Origin: Craspedostauros australis
Taxonomy: Eukaryota
Assembly: GCA_030167865.1 (NCBI GenBank)
Contig: JALAGF010004545.1
Location: 1-64,000 of the forward strand
DNA length: 64,000 bases
Reading direction: 5' to 3'
In this document: positions 46,015-60,073 of the stretch, piece by piece
How the letters are laid out: every line of letters begins with the position of its first letter
How positions within the stretch are numbered: position 1 is the stretch's first letter
Program-made: the position numbers and the translations under genes
Notes under the pieces: model-generated
Told to the model about the DNA's origin: nothing
Seen by the model: the letters and a program-made list of their open reading frames with translations, nothing else
Database searches by the model: none

Positions 46015-49000
46015 TCAAGCAATGATTTTGTTGACGGAGTTGGACTGCTTGCTGTCTCCGCCTTCTGTGTTGGATCCTGATTTTGATTCGGAACTGTCTG
46101 CCGCGCTCGTGTTCGCTGCAGCTGCGGATGGAGCTTGCGCTTCTTTGTTCGTTGTGGCAGACTTTGGTCCGACATCGCCAGTCGTAGCATCTGCTGCCTG
46201 TTCCTTTGGCTGTTGCTCAGAAGATGACGAATTCGGCTGCGTCATAGTGGTCCTCTGTTGAGGCTGAATGGTCGGAGCAGTCTGATCGGCTGGTGCAACA
46301 GCCGTTGCGGTTTTGGTTTGGTTTGGATTGCCAACTGATGTTGGTTTGGCATGATCGCCAGCTGGTTGGCTCTGATCGACGTGTTCATCGACGTCGATCA
46401 CCACGATTTCTGGCGCACCTTTCGCAACATCGACAGGTTTGCTCGTTGCCAGTTTCGCATTGTCGCTAGGACTTCCGTCTGTGTTGGGCTTGCCCGCTGC
46501 GTGCAAAGTTCCGATCTGCTGTGTGTCACTTGGTGCGGATTTCGGATTCGACGCAGACGCAGCAACATCCGTGGTGGTGGTTGTTGTTGTTGTTCCGGTC
46601 GATGGCAGTGTCGATGGCGCTGGCGTTGCACTCATTGATCCTTCCTTCGGTGGACCTGCGGGTGTCGACGTGATACTATGGCCGGGTTGCTGTTGTCCTT
46701 CCGACCCTTTTTGTGGTGCTACGAGTTTGACTGCGATCGATGCTGTTGGTGCAGTGACTTTTGCTGGTGGCGCAAATGCGTTTGCTGATGCGGCTGCGGC
46801 TGCCGGTGCTGTTTGTCCATCATTCCTTGCTGATAACACTGTTGGTTGATGAATCCCTGGCGCTGGGTTGGAGTTCGAGCCAACACTTGGTTTCGTCTCC
46901 TGTGAGCTTGCTGCCACAACGGTGCCGGCGCTACCGCCAACTCCAGTTTTCTCCACGGTTACTCCTTCCTTGCGATCAGTGTGATGGATAGCCGTCGGAG
47001 CCAATGTGGTAGCAGCGATGCTGGTAGCGACAGATTTGGCGCGAGCATCGTGAGCTGAAGGTTGCAAAGCGGGTGTCTGAGCCTTCGGGGCCGCCGTCGT
47101 CGTGATCATCACCATTGATGCAGGTTGCTGGACTCGAGCAGGCGAATGATTCGTGGACGATGTGGCACCTGGTGCTGGTTGGTTGGATGTACTTGCAGCT
47201 GCATTTGCAGTCGTAGCTGATGCTGTTGGCACTGATGTTGTTGTCAGTGGTGATGTACTTGTCGCTGTGCTTGTCGCTGTAGCGGCGCCTGTAGTTGTGC
47301 CTGTAGCTGTCCCTGGCACTGAGACTGTGGCTGTAACCGATCCTCGCACAGTGCTCTCACTTGGTTTTGAAGCCGAGGAGTTTTGCTGCGCTGGTGGGCG
47401 CATGCTTGTTGCAGAGTGATTGGACGTCCCCGCATGTATGGCAACACCACCCTGTTGAGTTGCTCCACTCGAATTCCGCAACATTGTTGGCGGTTGCCAT
47501 GGGTCATTGGGCTGTGTATTGGCTGTGGCCGTATTCATGCTCGTACTAGTACTCGCACTCGCACTCGCTGCTGTTGAGACGTTCGGGGTCGGTGATGGCC
47601 TTGTGGCATGCGGACCACGGACGTTTGCGGTGACATTCAAGGGTGCATGCGCTGACACGGAAGATGGTGCGTTTGATGTCATGCTGACATTTGTTCGAAC
47701 AGGAATAGTGCCAGGCGCAGGACTGGCCACAGAAGCCGGCACATTCGCACGAGCGGCAGGAGCAGCGCCAATCGATGCTGTGGCGGCGGTTGGTACAGGT
47801 GTAGCAGTAGTGCCAGGGCCACCACCAACAGATGTTGGGATGGCTGCAGGCGCGGGTGCAGGCGCCGATGCAGGTGTGGGAGCAGGTGCTGGTGCTGGCG
47901 TTGATGCAGAGGCTTGTGACAGAGCCCGGACTCGCATCGCAGCAAGGTTCTTCGTGCCGAAACCTTTGCCCTTTCCTTTCACGGCTATGGGCTGTCTTGG
48001 CATCTGAGCTGTTGAACTGGTCGGTCGATTGCTGTCGTCCTTTGTCGGGTGAGTAGGTGTGGCGGCAGCGTTGACAGTGGCGTTGGCACTTTCGCCCTGA
48101 TTCGGCGTGCTGCCAACCGGACGTGCTTGCTGCGACACGGTCGCCATCGTTGCCCTTGCCTTCATCGCGGCAAGATCCTTCGCGCCTTTTCCCAACCCTT
48201 TCGTCAATGACACTCTCTGCACGGCCTTGGCAGGAGATCCTGCTGCCCCTTGAGCCTGTGCCGGCTCTGTTGCAGGACGTTGTCCCTGTTGTTGTTGTTG
48301 TTGTTGTTGCTGATGCTGAGTTTGTTGTGTCGCCTGTGGTTGTGGATGCGTTGCCTGTTGCTGTGGCATTGTGCGCATGGTGATATTGGAGGCACTGCCC
48401 GCAGTTGCTATCGCAGTCGGTTGCGTTTGCATCAAGCTATGAACATTGCCTGCTTGTGATCTGTTCGGTGGGACTGCTACGGGCATCCGCGACGGCAATG
48501 TGGATGGAACACCCTGGTGTGGCCGGACAACCGTCGATTGCGCCACTGCTACCGACGCCACTGGCGCTATGGTTGCCTTGGCTACAGTGGCAGTAGGCAC
48601 TGAGCGCACTGGAGGCACTCGATGCGCTGTAACGACTGTCGGTGCTGTTGCTACCGCCACACGCGCCGGGTGTTGCGATGAACGCACGGGCGCAGATGAA
48701 GGCTTCGTCTGTGGCTTTGCTGCGCTCGAAGTCGTGACGGGCGCGGGCGCCGGAGTGATTGCAGGCTTTGGTACGGGTGCGGGTACGGGCACGGGTGTTG
48801 ATCGTGATACCTTCGTCGTCACAGTTGGTGCAGATGGCACGGATGGTGCAGCAGGTACAACTCGCGTGCTTGTAGGCGCAGATGATGTACTGGCAGCCCG
48901 TGCGACACGCGATTTCGGCACCACCTTCTGCTGCTTCATTTTGGGTCGCAGGCTTGCTTGCCTCGTGATCTCGTCCACGAAGAAGCTCCGGACAGCAGAG

Positions 49001-52000
49001 AAATCGTTCGTTGGAACTGCTGGAAAGGAGTCAAACGGCGACTGTGCGATCTGCTCGTACACCGGGCGAGATATGGACCCGCCCAGCGCTGTTGACGTAA
49101 CAATAGGTTTATCAGAAACGTACGTCCACACGTCTGCTGGTTGGATCCTGGTTTGCACACCGTCGTCTCGTTTCCGTTTCTTGCCTTCGCCGTCATTGAC
49201 TTTTTTGTATGCGAAATCTCTTACCAACTTTTTGTAGCTCTCGTTGTGCTCCTTCGCGCTGAACACAATCGGATCATTGTCGTACTTGCCTGGGAGTTTG
49301 CCTTCGATGCTGGCTTCTTTTGATGTTACAAGGTCTTGGAGGATGATTTTTGTGCGTTCCTTCATCGCCACAACAAGGAACCAAATGGCATTTTCGGATA
49401 CCCGCATGTCGCTTTTTTGGGCCATCGTTCGCATTTTCGGATCGATCGTCATTGCAGCTGGAATGGTTGATGAGAATGGCGAAGCAGGAGCCGGTGGTTC
49501 GACCAACTTTGATGTTGATGATTTTGGCTTCGAAGTACCCGTGTTCGGCCCTACCTCCGATGCTGGCGGCAGCAGCTCGCTGCACCACGAACCACGGAAG
49601 GCACCACCGACTGGTCGCCGCTGCTGCTGCTGTTGCTGCTGCTTCCTCTTCGTCCTCCTGTTTGGGATGATCCGCTCGTCCTCCGCTAGCTTTGGCGGGG
49701 CAATGCTCGGCTTTGGTTTTGGCACAACCCGGCGTGGTGCTCGGAACTTAGCTCGCGATCGCCATGATGCGGGCATGGTGGACAGCACTTCGGAACCAAC
49801 GACCACCTTCTGTGTTGCCTTTTTCATCAGAACTGTTTCAACACGTGAGGCAGTTCACCCGAATCATCACAGTATGGCATGATCAATTGACAAGTAGAAA
49901 TTGAACATAACGCGAAATGCGGACATGGGTTGAGCCTCGATGGTGGATAGAGCGCATTGCACATTGCACAATCACACACATGGGTGCAGATACGTATCAG
50001 GATGATGATGGCACCAAATGATCGAAAATCCAAGCGCGGCGCTTGTCATGAGCAAGTTTTCTTTGTGTTCTCGTTTTGCGCGGCAACATGTTTACTCACC
50101 AAGCATAAGTTCGTTGTGCATCCGCCTCAGCTTCTTGGTGCGGAGGAACGTTTTGATAACTTGCCGAGAACGGTTCGTTGCATTCTTGGAGGCTGTTCCC
50201 GTCAGGATGACTGCTACGGATTGCCAATACGTGGAAAATTGCTTTTCGCCCACAGGACCGTGCGCAGCCATAGCGCATTTGAAGAGGGCGAGCTTGATCT
50301 GTTGCAGTCTGCGAACAGACTCCTTGCTTTCTGCTTCGGTTAAGCTGGCGATGAGACTGCCGTTGTCGCTGCTGCGGTCGCTGCTTGCTGCAGCGTCGTG
50401 CGGTTTGATCTGTTCAGGTTTGGATTGTTGTGAAGCTCCTTGGGGCCTGTCCTTTTGGTCGTGACGGCCATCGTCATCATCTTCTTCTTCTTCCATGTCG
50501 TCCTCGTCGTTGTCGTCGTCCCTCTCCTCCGTATCCACGCTGAGTTCATCGGATGATACCTTGGTTGGCGCAATTGCTTCGACAGTCGGGCTCGTGAGAT
50601 TTGGGACTGCGGACAACACCGAATCAATAAGCATTTCTGGTTCCGTCCGATCAGGAAGAACCGCGCTGTCCGCTTCAGACATAGTCTCCTCGGATTTCAC
50701 CGCCGAGGCTGTTGCTTCAGGTGTACTTGCTGCCGTGGGTGCCGCTGATACCGGTGGTGACGCCGTTGTTGGTGCGACTATCTTCGGCTGCGTCTCCGTC
50801 TCCGTCTGAGTCTGTGCAGTTGGTAGAACTCGTGCAGTAGTGCTGGCGACGACGTCTGCTGTTGGCGTCGCAGTTTTGGAGGTGGTTGCTTGACCGTTGG
50901 CTTTTGCTTCTGTGTTCTTGGCTTCAGGTTCAACTTCCATCTGCGTTGGTTCTGCAGCGGCCGGTGTGGATGTCGAGGTACGGAAAATGTTGGCTATGGT
51001 TGTGGTTGTGGGTTTCGCCGACTGCGCCATCGGTTGAATCATCGGTTGAACCGAAACTCCTGGTGCCACCGCGGTATCTGATTGCGGCTTTGGTGCATTC
51101 GATATAGAGGGACTTTTGCCAATGCTTTCCTTCGAAGGTGATGGATCGTTTGCTGTCCCGTTGCTTTTGCTCACACCCAACGCCATTTTCGCACTGCTCG
51201 TGGTGTCCACATTGTGCATCATCGATTGTACTGCAGATGTTGATGCTGATAGCATGTGTGCAACAGTGGAAGCATAGGTCTGTGTTGGAAGAATCGACTT
51301 CTTCTTGATGTCCGCTTCGGCGGTCGCAGGTGCCTCGAGTTCTTTCTGCTCAACGGTCAGCTTGTTCTGTTCAGACGCGTTCGGTGTTTGCATTGTTGGT
51401 GTTGAATGTGCTGAAGGCACGGAAGGCGTTGAACGCGCTGCCGTGGTCTTGAGAGCTTGCTGCTGTTGTGGCGCCTGTTGTTGTGACGCCTGTTGTTGTT
51501 GTTGTTGTTGCTGCTGCTGTTCCTCTTTCTGCGTGTGTATCAGACTAACCTCGGCGTTAGATTTCGGTGTCTTATCAGCCACGTTTGGTTTGATCCCTCC
51601 AGCTGCCGGGGTAGTTGTGGTAAGTGCTCCGACGCTTGATTCAGCCAGTGCTGCGTCCTTTGTCGCGGTACCTGAGGCAACGACTTCAGCATCGTTTGCG
51701 GGCATTGCAGTTGTCGTGTTGTTTGTCACGCTTGCTTGGAGCTTGTCCGTTCCTGCTGTCCGTGGAGGTGCCGCGGATTCTCCGTCAGTCGGAAGAGCAT
51801 CTGGCTGTGCTGTTGCTTTGTGCTGCGCATCGTCCCGCGTATCGAACGTTGCTTCTGGACGTTGGTGAATAGGGTGAGATTCTTTGGCAACTGATAGTGT
51901 CAAATTCTGCTGAGTGGCCGTCGTGCTTGGTTGCGACAACACTGGAACAGGAGCCTGCTTTGGTGCACTGCTGATGGTCTCGACTTGTTGTTCAACTTCC

Positions 52001-55000
52001 ATGTCAACGACCTGTGTGTCAATTTGCGGTTGTGGTTGTGGTTGCGGTTGCAGCTGCGGTTGCTGAGACGGAACGGTGATTGTCCCTGTTGGTACTGAAT
52101 TCATCTTCGGTGAGACCATTGGCTTGTCTGGTTTGGCTTCTGTTGGGTCGTTGGATGCCAAATCCTTGGTCACAGTTGGATCAATCGCAAGTTCACGAAG
52201 TTTCGTGGATGTGCCCTTCTCTTCTTTTTGATGATCTTGAGATGATGTATCTGTGTTCCGACCACGCATTCTGGCTTCGCCGTCAATTTGATCCTCTCCA
52301 CCTTCGGATGATGGCTCTTGAGCTAAATTGGTTGATGCTTGACCTGCCGACTTCATAGTGGCGGACTCGCACAGTGCTGTCGCCGTTTTGGAAGCGGTCG
52401 TCTCAGTTTCCATTTTCGTCGGTTTTGGAAGCGGACTGTCATCCATTTTACTGTTGGATGATGCAACAGCTGGAGGGAGAGCAACCGCCTGACTGTTAGC
52501 GACTGTTTCCTTCGGATCGACGCATTCCCCCTTTGCCTGAGCCTTGTCACCAGTAGACTGTTTTGTGTCTTCTGACACTGGAGAGTCGAGGCTGTTGGAT
52601 GCATGCTTTGTGTCATTGGGTCCGTTGTTCGATTGACTTGGTGCGCTGGTATTCTGTGGCTGCGCTCCTGCCGGTTTCTCGATCGTGGATTTGGCACTCG
52701 GGCTTTCCTTCACAGTTTGTGAGCCGTTTGGTGATGACTTGCCGGACGGGTCAGGATTCACGACTTTATGCTGTGGCTTTGTTCCGCCGTCAAGAATTGT
52801 GGTGGAGCCTTCTGCAGTATCCGAAGTTGGAGTCTTGCCGTTGGCGCTATCAGTGACAACAGCATCCCCATCTGCGCTATCGGGATTCTTGGTTCTGCCA
52901 ACATCAGCTGCGCCAATTTGCGTTGCTCCGGTCGCGCTCTTGCTATCTTCAGCTTGCTTTTGCTGCATCTGATTGTACTTTGCCGGAGGAGAATCGACTT
53001 CCATCGGACCCAGCCCATTTCGAGATGAGTAATCCACCTTGGACGCAAGTGAGTCAATGTTTGGCTTTGCGATAGCAGAACTATCGCCATGTGCTGTACC
53101 TTTGTCTGTAGTCGTGTCTTCCGCCGTTGGTGGTTTTGATATGGGTAATGCATGCGCCTGTGCCTGCTGGGATGGTGTTGGAGTCGATTCATTGGTGACG
53201 CTACTCTTACCGCCATCAGACGGTTCCGTCGCAGCAGTTTCCGTAGCTTGCGGTCGTACCTGTGGCTGTGACTGTGCCTTTGGAGAGGCGCCGTCTCGTG
53301 GTGGAGATGCATCTTTGTTGGCACCATGAGGAGGTCCAGCCGCTTTGCCATCACTGCTCTTTTGCTCTTCGAGAGCTTTAGTCGCAGACTGCGTCACTGA
53401 AGCATCCCGTGGAATGGAAGGCAAACTTGCTACATCACTCGTGCTTGTCATATCTGCTGCATTTGCGGGATCGGCAGAATCAGGAGCACTTGGAGAAGCC
53501 GATTCCTCAGGTGGGCGTTGTGGGGCAGTAGAAGCGACAGTGACGGCGACGGCGCCGGTGATGGTGTCAGTGGTATTGGTAGGAGCCGCGTCAACTGCAG
53601 CAGCAGTTGGAGATACTGATGTGGATACAGATGGTGCCTGCGTTTTCTGTGTTTCAGTGCTGGTTCCAACAGGCAGAGAAGCTGAATCTCCTGGGTTTGC
53701 TTGTTGAGACGTTATTTGTTCAGGTGCAAGCGCAGATGCAGGTATGGTTGAGGTCGCGTCTTTCAGAGTGACGGAGATTGCTTCCACATTGTGATCTGTT
53801 GTCGATTGTGGTGCTGATGATGTTGCTGATGATGTTGCTGACGATGTTGCAAAAGACTGTCCCAATTTCGAAGGTGGTGTGTGTGCAGGTGTAGATACAG
53901 ATGTAGATGTAGATGCAGATTCGTCCTCAACAGGAGATGTGGGTGTCGATGTGCTGCTGGGATCAGTGCTTGTCGTTTCGGCCGCTGTCTTTGACGCTGG
54001 CGTAGATTCGGTTTCATCTTTTTCCTTGGACTCCTTCGTGCCTTGTGATTCTGTTGCAGTTGCTGCATCAGTCACACTATCTTTCATTTTCACATCGGCG
54101 CCATCCTCAGCCTCAGCCTCTTGCTGAACCTCCTGCTCATCCTTGTCCTTATCCTTGTTTTCACTCCCAGCTGGGCTGCTGGATTCTGTAGTAGCCTTGG
54201 CACTAGCTCCCGTGTCTGGTTCAGTACTTTCATCGCCGTCGCCGTCGCCATCATCAACGTCCATCGTGTCATTTTGCTGTTCAGATTTTGCCTCTTTGCG
54301 TTTGGCAGGCTCATCGTTTCCGTCCTCGCTCCGTCTCCGTTTTCTTGTTCCGAGCGAACCAGATTGTTCGTTCGCTTCGGCATTGGAATCAAGTTCAAGA
54401 TCGGGAGCTCGCATGGCGTTGGCAACGTTGTTGTGCGGAGTATCTGCACTGTCATCAGCTGTGACGACTTGCATATCCTCCTCTATTTGGCCTGCCTTTT
54501 CCATTGGCTCGACTGCATCGCTTTCCTTTGGCTCTTCATCTTTGGCATCCTCCGCCGTGTCAGCCACGGCCTGCTCTGCAACAACGTCTTTTGGTGTATC
54601 AGTCTCGTCGCCCTTCTCTTGTGTGGGTTTCACGGTAGATTTGTTTTCGCTGGGCATTGACGAAGACGATGGCGAGGGTTGTGATGGCGATGCTGCAAGC
54701 TTTGAAGGTTCATCGTCTTCCTTCGCGCTTTGCTTCGTGTCGGAAGAGTCACTGTTCGAAGTGGGAAGAGATGTGGTTGATTTCAGCTGATTTGGTGCCG
54801 ATTCGACTGCATCCTTTGCCACCGATTCCGATTCCGGCTTGTTGTTGGCAGTGTCGGCATCGCTATTGCTTTCTGCCGGTCCATCAACCTCAATTGGTTT
54901 TGAATCACCGTCACCGTCATCATCAGTATCGTCTTCGTCTTGATCACTGCCCTTGTCGTTCTCTTTGTTGTTGCGTTTGTCAGACTCGGAATTGGTGTTC

Positions 55001-56730
55001 TCGCCATCATCATCGCCACTGTGATCTCCACCATCTTCGTCGTCGTTATCCTTTCCCTTGCCCTTGTCGTTCTCGGTAACGTTGCCCCCGTCGCCATCGC
55101 TGTAGGGACCAGACGCCTTATCGTTTATGCCGTACCTCGCAGTCGCCCTCGACCTCCTCGTCGATCTGCGGACGGGAATGGGTTTCGGTTTTGCTTCTGG
55201 CGACTTCTTGTCCTCATCCTTGCTGTCGCGATTGGGCAACTCGCTCTCCTTCGTTCGTTTGCTGCGTCGCTGAGATTTGGAGGCCTCGTTGGTGGACTTG
55301 CGGGTCTCGCTTTCGGCGGCAGACGCGTCGCCGCTGAGTTCCGTGGGCGAGACGACGTGAGTGCCATGCTCGTTGTCGGATTTGCTGCGCTTTGCGTCGT
55401 CTCCTTCCTTGTCGTGAGCTTCCGAGGGTGTCGTTCGGGCTGACGTGTCCGTGGCATCGAGGCCTTGGTTGATGGGCGAACGGGTGGCGCTCGGTTGGCC
55501 ATCGTCGGACTCATCGCCGCTTGCATCGTCGAGTTTCTCCTTTTTGCCAGCGGACAATGGGGCCGCTGCTTGAGGAGCTTGTCGGCTGGTCTGTCTTCGG
55601 GGTCGGTCCTTGTCGGAGGAGGAGGAAGTTGGTTGCGTTGAAGTGGATGCAGTAGTGGACGTTTGTGGCAGCGGCGATCGTCTGCCCGACTGCCGTTTCG
55701 AGGTTCGTGTCGCTGGTGACTTTTTGCTGTTGGTTGTGGCGGCAACACGAGTGCGAGCATCGGAATTGGTGTTGGTGTTAACTTCGGTATCCTCGTCACT
55801 CTCGCTAGGGTTGCCTTTGTTGTCACGTTTGTTGCGGTTACGATCGTTGATGTCGACGTTAGCGCGTTTGGCTTTGCTCTTGCCCTTGTCTTCGCCTTCA
55901 TCACGATCATCGTTGTTGTTGTCCTTGTCGTTGTCGGCATCGATGTTTCCATCGTCGCGATCACTATCATCTTTGTCATCTTCACCGTCTTCACCGCTAT
56001 CCTTTCCTATGCCGATGGGCGGAGACGAAGCTCTCTTGCTGGTCGTCTTCCGTCGTGCCTTTTTGGCACCTGCTTTCCGATCTTGTTTTCTCGCGTTCGA
56101 CGTGTCTGATGATTTGGTTGGAGGTGCTTCGTCCACCTCCGATGCATCATCCGTGCCATCGTCATCGCCGTCGTCTTCTGCGTCCTTTGGCTGTGGTGAC
56201 TTAGCCGCAGCCTTCTTAACTACTGCCTTAGGTTTCTTGGCAGGCTCTGCTCGTCTCTTCCGAGTTCTGGTGGTTGGAGCGACGGATGGCGCGGACGCAG
56301 CCTTGTCAGAGCCACTCTCCTTGTCGCTCTCCTGGTCGTCCTTTGCCTCCTTCTCGGATGCATTAACATCGTCGTTGTTGTCATCCATGGCTTCCTCGTC
56401 ATCATTGTCGTCATCATTGTCGTTGTCGCCTTCGTTGTCATCGTCGTTGTCATCGTCGTTGTCATCGTCGTTGTCATCGTCGGTGGCGGCAATCTTCTTA
56501 TCATCGTCGTTGTCGTCGTTGTCGCCGTCGTCTTCACTGTCATTGTCATTATCGCCCTCCGACTTGCGCTTCCTCCGCTTCGTCTGCATGAGCAAAGCAT
56601 CCTGCTCCTTGAAGAAGGCCTCGTCGCCCCCCGCAGCAGGAGGTCTGCCTGCCGAGGCTCTCGGAACGCCGCGTCTGCGTCGCGACACGCGCAATGCCAG
56701 CGGCGAATCCTGGGGTGGATTTGACTTCAT
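46015..56730 (-). CDS. Giant (~3,482 aa) low-complexity protein with a central SAGA Ada1/TADA1-like region; exons 56730-50100 and 49832-46015
   Basis: Two long ORFs are joined in phase by CTTG|GTGAGT (50099) ... AAACAG|TTCTG (49833). The joined region reads LQQIKLAL...YWQSV..IL...FL....RRMHNELMLVLM, followed by a histone-fold-like IPAAMTIDPKMRTMAQKSDMRVSENAIWFLVVAMKERTKIILQDLV. The CDS call is firmer than the family call. Confidence 0.75.
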
Positions 56731-57719
56731 GCTGTTTGCTTTGGCTTGATGTTTGTTGCTTTGGGGTTCGTGCCTTGCTCTGTGGCTGCCTCTCAGGTGG
56801 ATACTCTTGGTGAGCGAGTCAACGAGCGAGGAGGGTGGACACAAGATGGGATCAATGCGCGGCGATGCAGTGCAGAGCAGAGAGTCGAGTACTGCTCGTA
56901 GACATGAACAGTCTCCAAAGTGCAACGGTTGGGACGTGGTTTGATGTCTGGGCTCTTGTGGTGTCTCTTGCTTGGTTTTCGACACAACGCTTTCGTCTGG
57001 AGTCGCGGCGATGTATTCATTTCGATACCTAATTATGGTTTTGTCGTATTTGGATTGATTTTTATGCTTGATTTGGACAGATTTCGCATTCAGGTTGAAT
57101 CTGCGCCTAGTCTACTACCTCCGGTGTAGAATAGGGACAGCGTCGATCGATTCGGGTGAGGTTGTCATTGACGAGTACGACACAAAAAACGCGCTTGTTC
57201 ACGCCCAAAAACATCGTCTTTGCCGCCGTTCTTCTTGTGATACAAGTTCGCGTTGTTGGAGACTTCATGGTAGAACAACCATCGGATTGACAAGTGACAT
57301 GATCACACATCAATCACCATACCAGCGACTTGTTCCTCCATTCATTCATGTCGGCGTTCCTGACGATTGTTCTGTTTCCACAAATGACCAGTCATTAGCT
57401 CCAGCGGCAGTGGCAGTGGCAGTGGCAGTGGCAACAACGACAGCGACGACAAGAGCATCATCCACTGGCGTTGTCTCATCGCATTGGTTCAACACATGGC
57501 AAAGTCAACTTGACAAGCGCTCGACACCTCCCAAATTGATGAATGCAACATGATCATCCACAAGATCGCCCGGGCTGTTGTCAAGAAGCATGAACAGCAA
57601 TGCAGTCATTGCAATATCCAGCAGGCCAAGCACAGACGCAATTGCGGTCACAGTGACATTCATCGGACAGGAATGTGCTTGGATGCAGACGATCATGCAG
57701 TCAACATGGCAAGTGCAAC

Positions 57720-59171
57720 ATGGACCACATGGACAATGAACAGATGGCCAGCATGCAGCACACCATATCTGTGTCCTCGTTACTCCCTTCTTTTCCGGAG
57801 CAGAGTCTGCCAAAGCTGCCAATCGTTATCATTGTGCGTCACATTCTGCCATTCTTGGATCGGCCAACCTGGAACCACGTCGTCACGTGCAGCATCAACA
57901 TGTGGAAGACCTCCAAGAAGCACATGCTGGGCAAATCGCAGCCAGGATCCAGCCGAATGACCTGCTTTCCGCCATGGCCACAGCGCAACTTTGCGATGCC
58001 CCATCGCATCAATGCCATCGTCTTTGCGCCCAAGAGCCAGTGCCAGAGCATTGCCATGGTGCGTCACCAATCCTCCTCCATCCTGCTGTGGGACCAATGG
58101 CGCGGCAGCAAGTATCATTCCAAGCTAACAGGCCACAAGCGGGAGGTGCTGCATGTCACCTTCTCGCGAGATGGCAGGTTCTTGGCGTCATCTAGCGTTG
58201 ACAAGACCATCCGTCTGTGGAGCCAATCAAACACAACCAGTGGCGATGTGTCGTTGCAGTCGCAGTGCACCGGATTTCATAATCTTGTCACTGTGCAGTG
58301 CTGGAACACTTCGTCTTTCATCGAGACCCTGTCCTTCCCAGCTGGCGCGTGCAGCAATCAATTGGTAGCTCTGGACTATCAGGATGTTGCCATGGTCTGG
58401 AATGTAAGTTCCATCTCGATTCCTGTTGTGTGTGAGCATGATAAATTCCCGTTGCTGAAGATGGATGATGTAATCTACAACTTTGCGACGCTGTTTCCGG
58501 ATGGCCGGTCGATGGTCGCAGTGCAATGGAAGAATCATCTCACAGTTCAGACCAATCCCGATGACATGGAATCAAGGCACCAGCCTGCAACAGTGACGGT
58601 GGTGGGCGACGACACTGACATGCCCGTGCGCATCACGTCTATGGTCGTGACGCGCGATGGTGCCAGCGTCCTTGTGGGATGCAGCGATTGGACCATCCAA
58701 GAATTCCAGCTGCCCACCTTGGAGGCGATGCACACCATTGACCTGCTGCATGGTGCCATGGGCAGGAACAAGCAAAGCAAGCCCTACATTTCCGACATGC
58801 AGTTCTGCGCCGACGGGACCAAGCTGATGTACTCCTTCTTCCGCACGACCAACGAATGCGTCGTTCAAGTTGTGTCGTTGGGAGTTGGCAAAAAATCCAA
58901 CAAGCAGGGTGAACCCAGCATCGGTGACAGCGCCAGGATTGCGGACTGCCTCGTCCAAGCGTTCAAAAAGCATGCCAGCAATGCAAGTGGTAGCAGTGCA
59001 GGCAACAACGACAGCAACAACAACGAGACTGAAGAGGCTGCCACCAAGATGGAGGTATTTGAGATGCATGTGAGCGACAGTATCGAAGCATTGTCCTTGT
59101 TGCCAAACAATGGGAATGTTGTCGCGTATTGCGCAGGTCAACAACTTCACCTGCGACACATCAAGGCTTGA
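57720..59171 (+). CDS. F-box-like / WD40-repeat protein, ~483 aa
   Basis: LPKLPIVIIVRHILPFLD...CSINMWK is F-box-like. One clear WD40 repeat (LTGHKREVLHVTFSRDGRFLASSSVDKTIRLW) plus degenerate blades. Confidence 0.8.
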   Translation: MDHMDNEQMASMQHTISVSSLLPSFPEQSLPKLPIVIIVRHILPFLDRPTWNHVVTCSINMWKTSKKHMLGKSQPGSSRMTCFPPWPQRNFAMPHRINAIVFAPKSQCQSIAMVRHQSSSILLWDQWRGSKYHSKLTGHKREVLHVTFSRDGRFLASSSVDKTIRLWSQSNTTSGDVSLQSQCTGFHNLVTVQCWNTSSFIETLSFPAGACSNQLVALDYQDVAMVWNVSSISIPVVCEHDKFPLLKMDDVIYNFATLFPDGRSMVAVQWKNHLTVQTNPDDMESRHQPATVTVVGDDTDMPVRITSMVVTRDGASVLVGCSDWTIQEFQLPTLEAMHTIDLLHGAMGRNKQSKPYISDMQFCADGTKLMYSFFRTTNECVVQVVSLGVGKKSNKQGEPSIGDSARIADCLVQAFKKHASNASGSSAGNNDSNNNETEEAATKMEVFEMHVSDSIEALSLLPNNGNVVAYCAGQQLHLRHIKA

Positions 59172-60073
59172 GTCTGCCCAAGTCAAGCTTCGCGCACTAT
59201 TCCATACATCACCATAGATCATGCAAACAAGAGTATTCTAGAGCACTTGCGTACCTAATTGCACCATTATTCTTCCTCGGAGTATGGTAATACAGAGTCA
59301 TACTGTGCAGCATTGTATAATACCATCGTACTATATGACACATTCGTCATGCTCCGTCCGCAGCTTTTCGTTTGATTTCAGACCAATGTACTCTCATCTA
59401 ACTTCCATTCAATAGTTTATGTGATTGGGAGCTGACAGGTTTTTCTGCAGCGTCTGGATCCTTCTGTTGGGTTCGGAGCGCGTCGCCTCTGTAGGTATCT
59501 GTCTCATCTGTATCTTCTTTGTGTCTTGTTTGTGTCTCATGAAGTCCTGTCGTGGTTGCTCCATGTGCATTCGATCGCGCACCTGTTGTGCGAACCCTTG
59601 AAATGTGTCCCATACATGTCCTTGTTGAGTCTTGTTCTGATATCGCAGCGAATCAAACACCTCGAACGAGCGCGAGCGCGGCCTCGATCGAAGTATCTTG
59701 GGCGGTGTCACGATCCTCTGCGTCTTCCGTCACACGACGGATGGAGTTTCGAGGAGAGCAAAGCCGTTGCCGAAACACAAACACGCGCGAAGGTCTCAGC
59801 GTTCGCAGCAGCGTGGAAATGCCACACAGCGAACGATACAACGAGAGAGAATGGAGATAACACGGTTTGTGTGACACGACACGGCACAACGTGCACTTGC
59901 ACGAAGAAAGGCGAAGAAGGAGAAGATCGCACACAGAAACACACAAGAAGAGAGACTGCTAAAAGGCAGAACCACCGCGGCAAAACCACACACCAGGTTC
60001 CGCGCTGTTTGGCTCAGCTCCATCCAACAAGAAGCACGACCTTGGAGACACGCACACAAAAAATCGCAGGAAG

